From the NCBI GenBank assembly GCA_937969415.1, contig CALBWK010000044.1, positions 67-64,066 on the forward strand: DNA of 64,000 nucleotides, written 5' to 3'. The notes under the pieces are model-generated. The model did not search any database, was not told where the DNA came from, and saw nothing but the letters and a program-made list of their open reading frames with translations. The DNA is from an uncultured Saprospiraceae bacterium. Its GTDB lineage: Bacteria > Bacteroidota > Bacteroidia > Chitinophagales > Saprospiraceae. Below are positions 48,677-58,934 of the stretch, one piece after another (the stretch's first letter is position 1; each line of letters opens with the position of its first letter). A program made the translations under genes and the position numbers.

Positions 48677-50032
48677 TTAGTTGTATTTTCTCTTAATAAA
48701 CCACTCGTCATCATTGAAAGTAAAACTGAAGGTCAATCTTACATATCTTTCCTCGATGACTGTATTTCTTCCTTTAAGTCCCAAGGTCAAACCTAGGTTG
48801 GCGTGGGATATTTTTCTCTGATAGAAGAAAGGCAATCCTAAGCCAAATGTCACTCCCATATCTTCAAGATCTACTCCGTTATTAGCTGGTATCTCTGTCG
48901 GCAGTTTATGGAAGAAACCTCCAAATCGGTAGTAGACTCTAGAAAAATAGTTTCCTACTGACTTGTAGTTAGGACGAATATATCCGCCAAAAGATAATTT
49001 ATAGGTGTCCTTTAAGTTTCCGTTAACTAAGCTGTAGTTGGCTTGTGACCAATTTGTCAGTGTATAATTAACACCCAGAGACAACTTCTCTCCACTATAG
49101 AAGGTCGCACCTATGCCTAATTCGCTAGGCAATTTGCTGCGAATACCCGTTTGGGTAGCACTTGTTAAAGTATCTCGATTGACGGCTTCACCTTGGAAAA
49201 AGGCGGCGGTACCTTGAAAAGTAGTCAAATCAGTAGTTAAGCCTGACTGCGAGTTACCGTGGATACCAAAAGTGATTCTCCTATCTTTTTTCTTTAGTGG
49301 ATCTCCGTCCTTCACTTTCCCTTTTAGATTAAGCGTATAGAGAGCTCCAAGTCGCCACAGGAAACCCCTGTAGCCAAAGCGCTCTTCAACTAAGGCTGTT
49401 TCCGAGACTATATCTTGTAATTCAATAATATTTTGCGTCAAATTCTGACCAAATAGATACCCTAGATTGACTCCAGCTGAAAATTGCTTGTATCTAAATC
49501 CAGTACTCCAAGTAAAATCAAAGGTTCCTCCTGATCCTCGAAAATTCCTAGTGACCGAACCTATATCATCTAAAATTACTGTAGACGCCACGTCATAACC
49601 TACACTCGTGTAAGGCTTAAGTGTAAAGCCCATCCCAAGGCTGTAATCCCTTTTTTTTCTATCAAGAATGTCATTGACAACATTCTGCAAGGGAAAGGCA
49701 AAGGAGATATACGAGATGTTACCTGTCCATATCTCTGCTTGGCTTCCATTGCGCTCTGTAAACGAGGAATTCCTAGCTTGGAGTCCGACGTCAAAGGAGG
49801 TCGCCCTCAGGTAAGCCAAGCTTGCTGGATTGACGATATTAATATCGTAACCAGTGTGAAAGGTAGCTCCAAGGCCTCCCATCGTCTGACTGGCAACGAA
49901 ATTATTATCTGCGATATCTCCAAATCCAAATCTGGAATAAGGAGAATTGTCTTTCGGCTGAGCAAAGAGCATCAAGGGTAAAAACCCGAGCGCAAATACA
50001 GCCTTGTTAATGATTGTGTTCAAGAATTGCAT
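48677..50032 (-). CDS. Outer-membrane beta-barrel protein (porin/FadL-like)
   Basis: Signal peptide. NSPYSRFGFGD N-terminal motif. Alternating-strand pattern. C-terminal aromatic end. The ATG at 50032 is preferred. Confidence 0.6.
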   Translation of the reverse strand: MQFLNTIINKAVFALGFLPLMLFAQPKDNSPYSRFGFGDIADNNFVASQTMGGLGATFHTGYDINIVNPASLAYLRATSFDVGLQARNSSFTERNGSQAEIWTGNISYISFAFPLQNVVNDILDRKKRDYSLGMGFTLKPYTSVGYDVASTVILDDIGSVTRNFRGSGGTFDFTWSTGFRYKQFSAGVNLGYLFGQNLTQNIIELQDIVSETALVEERFGYRGFLWRLGALYTLNLKGKVKDGDPLKKKDRRITFGIHGNSQSGLTTDLTTFQGTAAFFQGEAVNRDTLTSATQTGIRSKLPSELGIGATFYSGEKLSLGVNYTLTNWSQANYSLVNGNLKDTYKLSFGGYIRPNYKSVGNYFSRVYYRFGGFFHKLPTEIPANNGVDLEDMGVTFGLGLPFFYQRKISHANLGLTLGLKGRNTVIEERYVRLTFSFTFNDDEWFIKRKYN

Positions 50033-50726
50033 TAAGTCCTTTAAGTAGGAAATTAGGAGCCACAAATATCTTAGAATCTAAGTGTTCTCCAAAATAAGTG
50101 GCATCACCACCAGTCAATATAACGGTCATTTTACCTCTTTTCTTGGTTAAAGTTTTGATAAAAGCCTCGATTTCGAGTTTTACACCCCAAACCGCACCAT
50201 TCTGAAGTGCCTCTTTTGTACTCGAACCGAGCTGCTCTTCATTCCAGTTTCTAGATACTAGAGGCAATGCAGAGGTAAAATGGTGCATCGCCTTTAATCT
50301 TAATTCCACTCCAGGTGCAATATTGCCTCCAAGATAGGTCTTTCCATTCTCAAGATAATCATAGGTCATACAAGTACCTATGTCTATTACCAAGGCAGAT
50401 TGTCCAGGGTATGTTACAGCCGCAGCAACCATTACTGCGAGACGATCTAGGCCTAACGTCTTAGGGGTCCCATATCCATTTGCAATGGGTACAGCCGTCT
50501 TATGACTTAAGGTCAGCAGCTTATGGTGCTTCTTCAAATAAGTAAGGAAATAGGGCTTCTCTTTTCTAACCGAAGAAACGATAGATCTAGCAAAAGGGTA
50601 CTTTTTATACAACGCCTTGATATCCTTGACCAAGACCTTCTTATGTCTAGTAACCTCTAGCAACTCACCATCTTGGTAAATAGCCAGCTTAATAAAGCTG
50701 TTTCCTATGTCGACAATGAGATTCAC
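50007..50726 (-). CDS. coaX: Type III pantothenate kinase
   Basis: N-terminal NLIVDIGNSFIKLA and a C-terminal GGDA motif. The GTG start at 50726 lies 7 nt after the purH stop. Confidence 0.88.
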   Translation of the reverse strand: MNLIVDIGNSFIKLAIYQDGELLEVTRHKKVLVKDIKALYKKYPFARSIVSSVRKEKPYFLTYLKKHHKLLTLSHKTAVPIANGYGTPKTLGLDRLAVMVAAAVTYPGQSALVIDIGTCMTYDYLENGKTYLGGNIAPGVELRLKAMHHFTSALPLVSRNWNEEQLGSSTKEALQNGAVWGVKLEIEAFIKTLTKKRGKMTVILTGGDATYFGEHLDSKIFVAPNFLLKGLNAILEHNH

Positions 50727-50733
50727 TAAGGCC

Positions 50734-52263
50734 TTAGTGCTTGAAGTGGCGTATACCTGTAAGGACCATAGGAAGTCCATTTTCATTACAGTAATTGACA
50801 CTTAGATCATCCTTAATAGAACCTCCTGGTTGTATAATCGCTTGTATACCTGCCTTGTGTGCAATCTCTACACAGTCAGGAAAAGGGAAAAAAGCATCAG
50901 AAGCCATAACCGCTCCTGTGGTATCAAAGCCAAACTTATGCGCCTTGGCAATAGCTTGAAGGCAAGCATCCACTCTAGAGGTCTGCCCGCAACCCATACC
51001 TAGTAGTTGATTGTCTTTGACGAGTACTATGGTATTGGACTTAAGGTGCTTGGCCAACTTGCCCGCAAAAAGAAGGTCTTCTATCTGCGCTGGAGTGGGC
51101 TGTTTTTCTGTAACACACTTCAGTTCTTGTTCTGTTTCAACTTTAAGATCCGTGTCTTGGGCGATAACCCCATTGAGGATACTCTTATGGCTTTGCTGCT
51201 GACGAGCATAAGTCTTGATTTTGAGGAGTACCCTCTTTTTCTTTTGAGTGAGGAGCTCTTTAGCGTCAGCGTCAAAGTCTGGGGCAATAAGTACTTCGTA
51301 AAAGAGCTTGTTGATTTCCTCGGCAGTCTTCAGATCAATAGCCGTATTGGATATCAATATACCACCAAAGGCTGAGACATTATCTCCTGCTAGTGCTGCT
51401 GCCCAAGCCGCGCTTACACTATCTCTTGTCGCTACCCCACAGGCATTGGTATGTTTGAGTATAGCAAAAGTTGGAGGCGCATCTTGGAACTCAGACATCA
51501 ACTGAACAGCTGCATCTACGTCCACTAGATTATTGAAGGATAGGGCCTTACCTGAAAGCTTATCAAATACAGCATCTAAATCTCCAAAATAGGTAGCTGC
51601 TTGGTGGGGATTCTCTCCGTACCGCAGACTTTCGCCACTATTATAGGATTGCTTGAAGCTAGGCTCTGATACGAGACCGCCACTATTGAAATAATTGAAG
51701 ATCGCTGTGTCATAATGAGAAGAGGTCATAAAGGCTTTAGCAGCCATCAACTTTCTCTCTTCTAATGTTGATGTTGCATCTTTCTCAAGGACTTCCTCTA
51801 AAAAGCCATATTGGTCTTGTGACGGGATGATCAAGACATCATTGAAATTCTTAGCGGCAGCTCTGATAAGGGCTATTCCACCGATATCAATTTTCTCGAT
51901 GATTTTTGCTTCATCATCAGTACCCTTTACTGTATCCTCAAAAGGATAAAGATCTACCACGACTAGGTCTATTTCAGGAATCTCATATTTGTCGAGTTGA
52001 GATAAGTGATCATCTTCTCTTCTAGCGAGTATACCTCCGAAGACCTTAGGGTGTAGCGTCTTGACACGACCATCTAAGATAGATGGATAAGAGGTCAGAT
52101 CTTCTACCTTTTCGGGTTTAAGGCCATGCTCTTCTAGATGACGAAAGGTTCCTCCTGTGGAGTAGATGGTTATATCTGAGTCTTTAAGTAGACTTATAAC
52201 CTTATCGAGGCCGCCTTTGTCAAAAACTGATATGAGGGCTGATTTAATCTTCTTACTAGACAT
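50734..52263 (-). CDS. purH: Bifunctional AICAR transformylase / IMP cyclohydrolase
   Basis: 509 aa. ALISVFDK MGS-like N-terminus. KTLHPK motif. C-terminal IRHFKH. Confidence 0.96.
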   Translation of the reverse strand: MSSKKIKSALISVFDKGGLDKVISLLKDSDITIYSTGGTFRHLEEHGLKPEKVEDLTSYPSILDGRVKTLHPKVFGGILARREDDHLSQLDKYEIPEIDLVVVDLYPFEDTVKGTDDEAKIIEKIDIGGIALIRAAAKNFNDVLIIPSQDQYGFLEEVLEKDATSTLEERKLMAAKAFMTSSHYDTAIFNYFNSGGLVSEPSFKQSYNSGESLRYGENPHQAATYFGDLDAVFDKLSGKALSFNNLVDVDAAVQLMSEFQDAPPTFAILKHTNACGVATRDSVSAAWAAALAGDNVSAFGGILISNTAIDLKTAEEINKLFYEVLIAPDFDADAKELLTQKKKRVLLKIKTYARQQQSHKSILNGVIAQDTDLKVETEQELKCVTEKQPTPAQIEDLLFAGKLAKHLKSNTIVLVKDNQLLGMGCGQTSRVDACLQAIAKAHKFGFDTTGAVMASDAFFPFPDCVEIAHKAGIQAIIQPGGSIKDDLSVNYCNENGLPMVLTGIRHFKH

Positions 52264-52351
52264 ATTGAGATCTTGCTGTTAAGCCTGCAAAAGTACTGAA
52301 AGGCTAGAGATTCTAGCTAACTAGGAGGGGCAGAGATGACAAAAGCGCTGG

Positions 52352-52939
52352 TTAACTTCTGAAGTCCAGAATATTGCCCATCTCGTAACAAATCCTACAA
52401 CGAGGTTCATAGATGTCTTTCTCCCCCAGGACTACCCTCTCTTTATCTGATGATAGTCGATAGGAATGTGTAGCGAGGCTACCGCAATGTGGGCATATAG
52501 CGTGGACTTTAGTAATATATTCTGCCACAGCAAGCAGGTGTGGTATAGGACCGAATGGAATACCTCTGAAATCCATATCAAGTCCAGCAACGACAACTCT
52601 AATGCCTTTTACGGCCAACTTTTGGCAAACGATCGTCAACTCTTCGTCAAAGAATTGGGCTTCATCTATACCTACGACATTAACTTCACTGACGTGGTCA
52701 TAGATATCAGTACTCTTGGAAAGCGATAGCGAAGAGATGGCCTTATCATCATGTGACACGACAGCATCATCAGCATATCTGGTGTCCTGATTGGGTTTGA
52801 AAATCTGTACTTTTTGGTTGGCAATCTTCGCTCGATTCAACCTTCTGATGAGTTCCTCTGTTTTTCCTGAAAACATAGAACCGCATATGACCTCGATCCA
52901 GCCGCTGCGCTGGCCTCTGAAATTGGGTTCTAAAAACAT
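52352..52939 (-). CDS. tdk: Thymidine kinase
   Basis: [15 protein letters not shown]-loop. C-terminal zinc motif CPHCG...CRIC. Confidence 0.95.
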   Translation of the reverse strand: MFLEPNFRGQRSGWIEVICGSMFSGKTEELIRRLNRAKIANQKVQIFKPNQDTRYADDAVVSHDDKAISSLSLSKSTDIYDHVSEVNVVGIDEAQFFDEELTIVCQKLAVKGIRVVVAGLDMDFRGIPFGPIPHLLAVAEYITKVHAICPHCGSLATHSYRLSSDKERVVLGEKDIYEPRCRICYEMGNILDFRS

Positions 52940-53054
52940 TATGAGAAACTAATTATTGAGTAAAAGCAGTTAAATCAATGTGAAATCATCTAAAACATAG
53001 ATGGAATCGGTCAAAATAGGAATTATAATTGCAAAGTAAAAAGAAAAGGAAACA

Positions 53055-53708
53055 ATGAATCTGGACAAAACTGCCTCAGCACTCAAAAGGATCAATAGAC
53101 TCTACGAATTGATTTCTGAAATGGGAGAAGCAAGTACCACAGAGCAGGACTTGCTTAAAGCGTATGTCAAGGATCTGTATAAAGCGGTAGCTGATGGCGA
53201 AGAGCTCTCTGTCTCGGATACTCCAGTAGCCAATACTGTTGCACCTAAGCTTGCAGCTGTGCCTACCCCACCACCTGTAGCTCAACCAGTTGCGCAGCCA
53301 GCACCTGAGCCAATCCCGGAGCCTGAAGAAGTTGTACCAGAACCAGTTGTGGAACAAGTGGCACCGCAACCTCAAAGAAAGGTACCAACTGCCGTCAATG
53401 CTGAGTTGACCGAACTGTTTCAAACTGAGAAAATAAGTGAGCTTTCTGACAAATTGAGCTTTAGCCCTATTAGTGATCTTACCAAAGCGATGGGCTTGAA
53501 CGAAAAGATATTCACAGTCAACGAGTTGTTTGAGGGGAACAACGCAGAGTTTCAGAATCTAATGGTCGCTCTTAATGGCTTAAACAGCTATGACGAAGCC
53601 AAATCTGTATTGATGTCGAGTGTAGCGACCAAGTATGAATGGTCTAAACCAGGCAAAATGAAAAAAGCTCGAAATTTTATAAAACTCATTCAAAGAAGAT
53701 ACAACTAG
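53055..53708 (+). CDS. Hypothetical protein with a central Pro/Val/Ala-rich linker
   Basis: 217 aa. PTPPPVAQPVAQPAPEPIPEPEEVVPEP low-complexity linker between two helical parts. Confidence 0.5.
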   Translation: MNLDKTASALKRINRLYELISEMGEASTTEQDLLKAYVKDLYKAVADGEELSVSDTPVANTVAPKLAAVPTPPPVAQPVAQPAPEPIPEPEEVVPEPVVEQVAPQPQRKVPTAVNAELTELFQTEKISELSDKLSFSPISDLTKAMGLNEKIFTVNELFEGNNAEFQNLMVALNGLNSYDEAKSVLMSSVATKYEWSKPGKMKKARNFIKLIQRRYN

Positions 53709-53713
53709 TTTAG

Positions 53714-54469
53714 TTGGATGCCTCTGCAAAAATATTCAAGACTGCACTCAAGTATAGCTTAAGCCTTGTCGGTCTTATCTTTGCAATACACATTTATACT
53801 TTTTATTTTAATATCTCTCTGACACACTGGGGCATATTTCCTCGAGAAGCAACTGGGCTTGTCGGGATATTAACTGCGCCCTTTATACATGGGAGTTGGC
53901 ATCATCTCTTTTCTAATGCTGCTCCATTGTTGGTCACAACGACCATAATATACTTCTTCTACCCTCGTGTCGCCATTGCCAGTTTCGTATTCATATACAT
54001 ATTGACGGGTATAACTGTCTGGCTATTTGGCAGAAGCTCTTTTCACATAGGAGCGAGTGGTGTTGTGTATGGATTGGTATCATTTATTTTTTGGACTGGC
54101 ATCTTCAGACGTAATATCAAGTCTATCATTTTAGCCCTGGTCGTGACCATATTGTATAGTGGTTACCTGGGTGGGATTGTACCATTTAAGGAAGGGGTCT
54201 CGTGGGAGAGTCATCTTCTTGGAGGTATTATGGGCATCTTTGTAGCCTTCCTCTTTAAGGGTATCATCGAGCAAGATGAGGAAGATTATGATCCGTGGGA
54301 AGAGGAAAAAGATCAAGAGGCGACTTATTTTTTCTCTAGAGATGTATTTGCTATGACACGGCAGGAACGTTGGGAGATGGAACAAGAGAAGATAAGATTA
54401 GAACAAATCAGACTAGCCCAAGAAGAGCAACATCGACTCGATCAACTCAACGATTTAGATATAAACTAA
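53714..54469 (+). CDS. Rhomboid-family intramembrane serine protease with a charged C-terminal tail
   Basis: HIGASGVVYG catalytic serine motif. ESHLLGGIMG histidine motif. TTG start. Confidence 0.8.
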   Translation: MDASAKIFKTALKYSLSLVGLIFAIHIYTFYFNISLTHWGIFPREATGLVGILTAPFIHGSWHHLFSNAAPLLVTTTIIYFFYPRVAIASFVFIYILTGITVWLFGRSSFHIGASGVVYGLVSFIFWTGIFRRNIKSIILALVVTILYSGYLGGIVPFKEGVSWESHLLGGIMGIFVAFLFKGIIEQDEEDYDPWEEEKDQEATYFFSRDVFAMTRQERWEMEQEKIRLEQIRLAQEEQHRLDQLNDLDIN

Positions 54470-54477
54470 TCCGCGTA

Positions 54478-55302
54478 CTAGGAATTGTGGTGGGCTTCTA
54501 TCGCCTTTCTAACAGAACCAAATTTTAGCAGCAATTCATTAGCAGCCTTGTAATCCAGACCAGTTTTATCAATTACCATCTTGGTGCCGCGATCGACCAA
54601 CTTATTATTACTGAGTTGCATATCTACCATCCGATTATCGACTACCCTACCTAACTGTATCATCACGGAGGTACTTATCATATTCAGAATAAGCTTCTGC
54701 GCAGTGCCTGCTTTCATACGCGTACTCCCAGTCACAAACTCAGGTCCGACTTCACAGACGATAGGATAATCTGAATACTCAAGCATCTTAGCGCTTGGAT
54801 TACAGACGATACAGCCTGTTACTATACTTTTTGCTTGACAATCTCTGAGAGCACCAACGACATATGGGGTCGAGCCTGAGGCGGCTATACCTATAAGGAC
54901 ATCCGTATCATTGATATTATATTCTGACAAATCTTTGAATCCTTGAACCTCGTCGTCTTCTGCAAACTCGACAGCTTTGCGCATAGCTCCATCCCCTCCT
55001 GCCATTAAGCCTATCACCCAATCATGAGGAACTCCGAAAGTTGGTGGACACTCAGAGGCATCTACTATGCCTAGACGACCACTCGTGCCTGCACCTATAT
55101 AGAACAGACGACCACCGATGGACATTTTTTCCACTATGATATTGACTAGCTTTTCTATAGAAGGTAATATGCTAGCAATCTTTTGTGGAACAGTGTGATC
55201 TTCCTTGTTGATATTATGCAACAGCTCTGCTGTAGACATTTTATCCAAGTGTCTATACTTAGATTCTCTTTCTGTTGTCTTGGGATTTTTCATAAAATTC
55301 AA
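54478..55302 (-). CDS. murQ: N-acetylmuramic acid 6-phosphate etherase
   Basis: SIS domain with GAGTSGRLG, ECPPTFG and TGSTRMKAGTAQK motifs. Confidence 0.92.
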   Translation of the reverse strand: MNFMKNPKTTERESKYRHLDKMSTAELLHNINKEDHTVPQKIASILPSIEKLVNIIVEKMSIGGRLFYIGAGTSGRLGIVDASECPPTFGVPHDWVIGLMAGGDGAMRKAVEFAEDDEVQGFKDLSEYNINDTDVLIGIAASGSTPYVVGALRDCQAKSIVTGCIVCNPSAKMLEYSDYPIVCEVGPEFVTGSTRMKAGTAQKLILNMISTSVMIQLGRVVDNRMVDMQLSNNKLVDRGTKMVIDKTGLDYKAANELLLKFGSVRKAIEAHHNS

Positions 55303-56789
55303 GAGACATATTCTTTAGCGTACGTTTCTTTTTTTGTTAAGATTAATAAACCAATAAAAGTGATTATCCCATTCAACAATAATAACTCAAAGCCAAACTT
55401 ATACCCTGCAAGCCACGCTTCAGAATTGTTATTGATTATATAAGTTAGAACAGGCGACAAAAGACAAACAACAGGCACTAATGGGTCTCTTACAATTAAT
55501 TTTGTAAAAAAACCAAAAGCAAATAGACCAAGCAAGGGTCCATAAGTATAGCCTGCTATCGAAAAAATAGCCTTGATAACGGCATCATTATTTATCTGAT
55601 AAAACAATAGAATAACGATAAATAATAATACAGAAAAACCAATATGGGTGATAAGTCTGGTACGCCTTTTTTGTTCTTCACTCCTCTCATCTTTTTCAAA
55701 ACCTAGAATATCTATACAAAATGATGTGGTCAAAGATGTCAACGCTGAGTCCGCTGAGGAATAAGCCGCAGCGATAAGACCCAAGACAAACACAACCCCT
55801 ATGGCTGCTGGTAGATGTTCGAAAGCTAACATAGGAAAAAGTAGATCGGATTTCTCAGGCACATCAACACCTAGACTAGCAGCATAGATATACAACATAG
55901 CTCCCATCCCAAGAAACAATAGATTGACAAATATCAAACTGAGGCTAAACCAAAACATATTCTTCTGAGCCTCTCCTAGATTTTTACAAGTGAGGTTCTT
56001 TTGCATCATATCTTGATCTAAGCCTGTCATCACAATAGCAATAAAAGCACCTGCCAAAAACTGTTTGAAGAAATTTTTAGAATCTGACCAGCCTCCTTCA
56101 AAATAAAATATCTGTGCATATTCACTTTGCTTGACGGTAGCTATAAGGTTACCTAGTGACAATTGCATTTCAGAACCGATAGCCAATATGGTCGCAACGA
56201 CTGCTACGAGCATACAGGTCGTCTGTAGTGTATCTGTCCAGACTATTGTCTTTATCCCACCTCTATAAGTATAAATCCAAATAAGAACAATCGCGATCAT
56301 CACAGTCAACCAAAAGGGCAATCCATAATGATCCATTACAAAGGTCTGTAGTACAATTGCGACCAAATACAATCTGAATGAAGCCTGAACCAACCTAGAG
56401 CCTAAAAAGAAAAAGGCGCCAGTCTTATAGGAGACCTTACCAAATCTGCCTTCCAAATAGGTATAGATAGAAGTCAGATCGAGTCTGTAATACATCGGCA
56501 TCAGCACTGTTGCAATAACCAGATATCCCAGCAAATACCCTAAGACCATTTGCATATAGGAGAACTGACTCTCAGCAACCCAACCTGGCACTGAGACGAA
56601 AGTGACCCCTGAGAGAGAAGCGCCTATCATTCCAAAGGCAACCAAATACCAGGGAGATTGTCGCTTAGCATTAAAGAAAGCTTGGGTATCTGCCCCTCTA
56701 CTGGTAATATGAGAAACCAATAGTAAAACCAAAAAGTAACCAACGATAGTGGCTAACAGAACGATAGGGGAAATTCCATATGCAGACAT
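55299..56789 (-). CDS. Sodium:solute symporter family transporter
   Basis: 496 aa with about 13 TM segments. Overlaps murQ by 4 nt. Confidence 0.85.
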   Translation of the reverse strand: MSAYGISPIVLLATIVGYFLVLLLVSHITSRGADTQAFFNAKRQSPWYLVAFGMIGASLSGVTFVSVPGWVAESQFSYMQMVLGYLLGYLVIATVLMPMYYRLDLTSIYTYLEGRFGKVSYKTGAFFFLGSRLVQASFRLYLVAIVLQTFVMDHYGLPFWLTVMIAIVLIWIYTYRGGIKTIVWTDTLQTTCMLVAVVATILAIGSEMQLSLGNLIATVKQSEYAQIFYFEGGWSDSKNFFKQFLAGAFIAIVMTGLDQDMMQKNLTCKNLGEAQKNMFWFSLSLIFVNLLFLGMGAMLYIYAASLGVDVPEKSDLLFPMLAFEHLPAAIGVVFVLGLIAAAYSSADSALTSLTTSFCIDILGFEKDERSEEQKRRTRLITHIGFSVLLFIVILLFYQINNDAVIKAIFSIAGYTYGPLLGLFAFGFFTKLIVRDPLVPVVCLLSPVLTYIINNNSEAWLAGYKFGFELLLLNGIITFIGLLILTKKETYAKEYVS

Positions 56790-56804
56790 ACCGCTAAGAT
56801 AGGA

Positions 56805-58073
56805 TTACGGACGAGCTATCTGTAATAGCTGGCTATAGACTTTGCCCCAACCAGCCCAGCCTTCTGCAGCGTAGAAAGAGCTGTTATGCCAAATAAACGA
56901 GCAATGGCCACCAATTGACTTAAGTATTTGGATGAGTGGTAATATCTGCTCTATAGCATCTTGAGGATCAAGCTTTTTATATTTTCTAAGCGTAACATCC
57001 ATAATACAAAACGGAACCACCTTGAGTGAAGTCATCGCATCCTTTTCCAAGTCATACCAAAAGAATGGCCGACTAGTGCCCGCTCTAAAACCTATGGAGT
57101 CTGCATAACCCATAGTATGATCTTCTAGCAAACCACAAGCGATGAGCCTCTTATAAGTCTGAGGGAGGGACAACTTAAGATAGTGTTGACGAGATTTCTG
57201 GATGGGTCGCCCTATGAGGGAAGCCAAAGTTTTAATCTCTTTATTAAGTAGTTCTTGACTGCTGTTGGAAGCATAAGAAGGATGTATGGCTATATGATGT
57301 TTCTCGTTGAGCTGTTTGATTACTTTGATAAAATGGGGATCAGTAGGTGGTAGGGATCTATCGTGTTCAGACTTGCGGGCAGTGAGTATAAAGAAAATAG
57401 GGTCAAAGCCATTTTGCTGATTGGCCACTATCATTTCTTGATACTTATCAAAAGGATCCTGCCCTAGCCTAGCCTTTATTTTTTCTGTTTGTAGTGTCAA
57501 AACATCTCTAGTGAGTGTGGCCAAGCTGAACAAAAAGGGTTTGCCTTTATAGGCATAGATGTGATCTACGTCTATAGTCGAAGTTGCTGAGTACTCAGGC
57601 CTTTTGATTGATACTGCGTAAAGCTCTTCACATTTGGAGATCATCTGGTTTATCCATATGTCAACAACTGGAAATTCTAGCAATCCCTTTTTCGTTAATT
57701 GGCTTGCAGAGGAAAGATACCTGCCGTGCTCATCGACATCTTGGGAATTGTACTCTTCGACTCTTGCTAGCAGGAAAAATACTGTAGCAAATAAATCGAA
57801 GTTGGATATACCTTCAGTAAATTCTAAGGCTGCTTCGATATGAGGAAGAGTCTCGAAACTAAACTTTGTAAAGTAAGTGGAATTTTGAATGGAGCAAATT
57901 CCTTCTAATTTTTCTCGAGTATAATTTAGTTTGATAGTATGTTGACTCGCTAAGAAGCCAAGTTTGTCTGTAGTTACAACATACTTAAGACCAAGTGTCT
58001 GCACGAATATAAAGTCAAATACATAGTCCAACTTACTAGACAATACATCGGTCAATATGTGTGCTTTCATCAA
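56805..58073 (-). CDS. Hypothetical protein (possibly polysaccharide-deacetylase-like)
   Basis: 422 aa ORF in the murQ/symporter string. Function not recognised with confidence. Confidence 0.45.
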   Translation of the reverse strand: MMKAHILTDVLSSKLDYVFDFIFVQTLGLKYVVTTDKLGFLASQHTIKLNYTREKLEGICSIQNSTYFTKFSFETLPHIEAALEFTEGISNFDLFATVFFLLARVEEYNSQDVDEHGRYLSSASQLTKKGLLEFPVVDIWINQMISKCEELYAVSIKRPEYSATSTIDVDHIYAYKGKPFLFSLATLTRDVLTLQTEKIKARLGQDPFDKYQEMIVANQQNGFDPIFFILTARKSEHDRSLPPTDPHFIKVIKQLNEKHHIAIHPSYASNSSQELLNKEIKTLASLIGRPIQKSRQHYLKLSLPQTYKRLIACGLLEDHTMGYADSIGFRAGTSRPFFWYDLEKDAMTSLKVVPFCIMDVTLRKYKKLDPQDAIEQILPLIQILKSIGGHCSFIWHNSSFYAAEGWAGWGKVYSQLLQIARP

Positions 58074-58822
58074 GCTAACTTAGGATATTTTATAGAGCTC
58101 AGGTAGAGTCCTTGCGCTGGAACTGACCAGGCTCTTTGAAGGCGCTCTTGCTTATCCATTGCTACTTTGACATCTGATAGTTCCAAGCGCTTCAATCCAA
58201 CATTCAAAGTCATTCCAACAATAAGTCTTACCATTCCTCTTAAGAAACGGTCAGAGGTTACTTTATAATGCCATTCGTCAGCATTAACAGAAATCCATTC
58301 AGACACAGTTAATGCACACTTGTATGTATCATTGTCAGCGTGGGTCTTACAGAAAGGCAAGAATTCCTTGTAGTCTAACAAGAGTGCAGCTGCTTCATTC
58401 ATCAAGTTCAAATCTGGAAGTCCTGACTGGTCATATCTATAAACCGTATGCTGTCTAAAGGGATCCTTCCCGAAGACCATTTTATAGGTATAGGATCTTG
58501 CAACGGCATCGAAGCGTGCATGGTGTGAAGACTCTACATCTTTAATAGTGTAAATACGTATATCTCTGGGCAAGAGATTATTGAGTTTGTAGACGAGATT
58601 CTCTGTGCTAAATCTTTCTGGTAAATCTGTGTGTAGGTAGTATTCCGAGGCGTGCACAGCTGTATCTGTACGACCACACCCGACAACTTGTATAGGCGCA
58701 TTATACATAGTAGACAGTGCAGCTTCTATGGTAGCCTGTACAGTAGGATCAGATGGTTGAATCTGCCAACCGCAGTAGGCAGCACCATTATAGGCTAGTC
58801 GTATAAAGTACCTGCGGGTCAT
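58070..58822 (-). CDS. truA: tRNA pseudouridine(38-40) synthase
   Basis: GCGRTDTAVHA catalytic Asp motif. FLRGMVR motif. Confidence 0.93.
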   Translation of the reverse strand: MTRRYFIRLAYNGAAYCGWQIQPSDPTVQATIEAALSTMYNAPIQVVGCGRTDTAVHASEYYLHTDLPERFSTENLVYKLNNLLPRDIRIYTIKDVESSHHARFDAVARSYTYKMVFGKDPFRQHTVYRYDQSGLPDLNLMNEAAALLLDYKEFLPFCKTHADNDTYKCALTVSEWISVNADEWHYKVTSDRFLRGMVRLIVGMTLNVGLKRLELSDVKVAMDKQERLQRAWSVPAQGLYLSSIKYPKLA

Positions 58823-58878
58823 AGACTCAAATATACATCAGTATAGCATCTCCAATGTGGGTGATTGTATGTGGACAT

Positions 58879-58912
58879 AAAAAAACAGCCTACCTTTTGA
58901 GTAGACTGTTTT
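58879..58912 (-). terminator. Rho-independent terminator downstream of sucD
   Basis: 8-bp stem (58886..58893 and 58901..58908, with one G-U pair on the minus-strand RNA), followed by U7. Confidence 0.7.
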
Positions 58913-58934
58913 GTAATTAATTTTCCTTTTTCCT

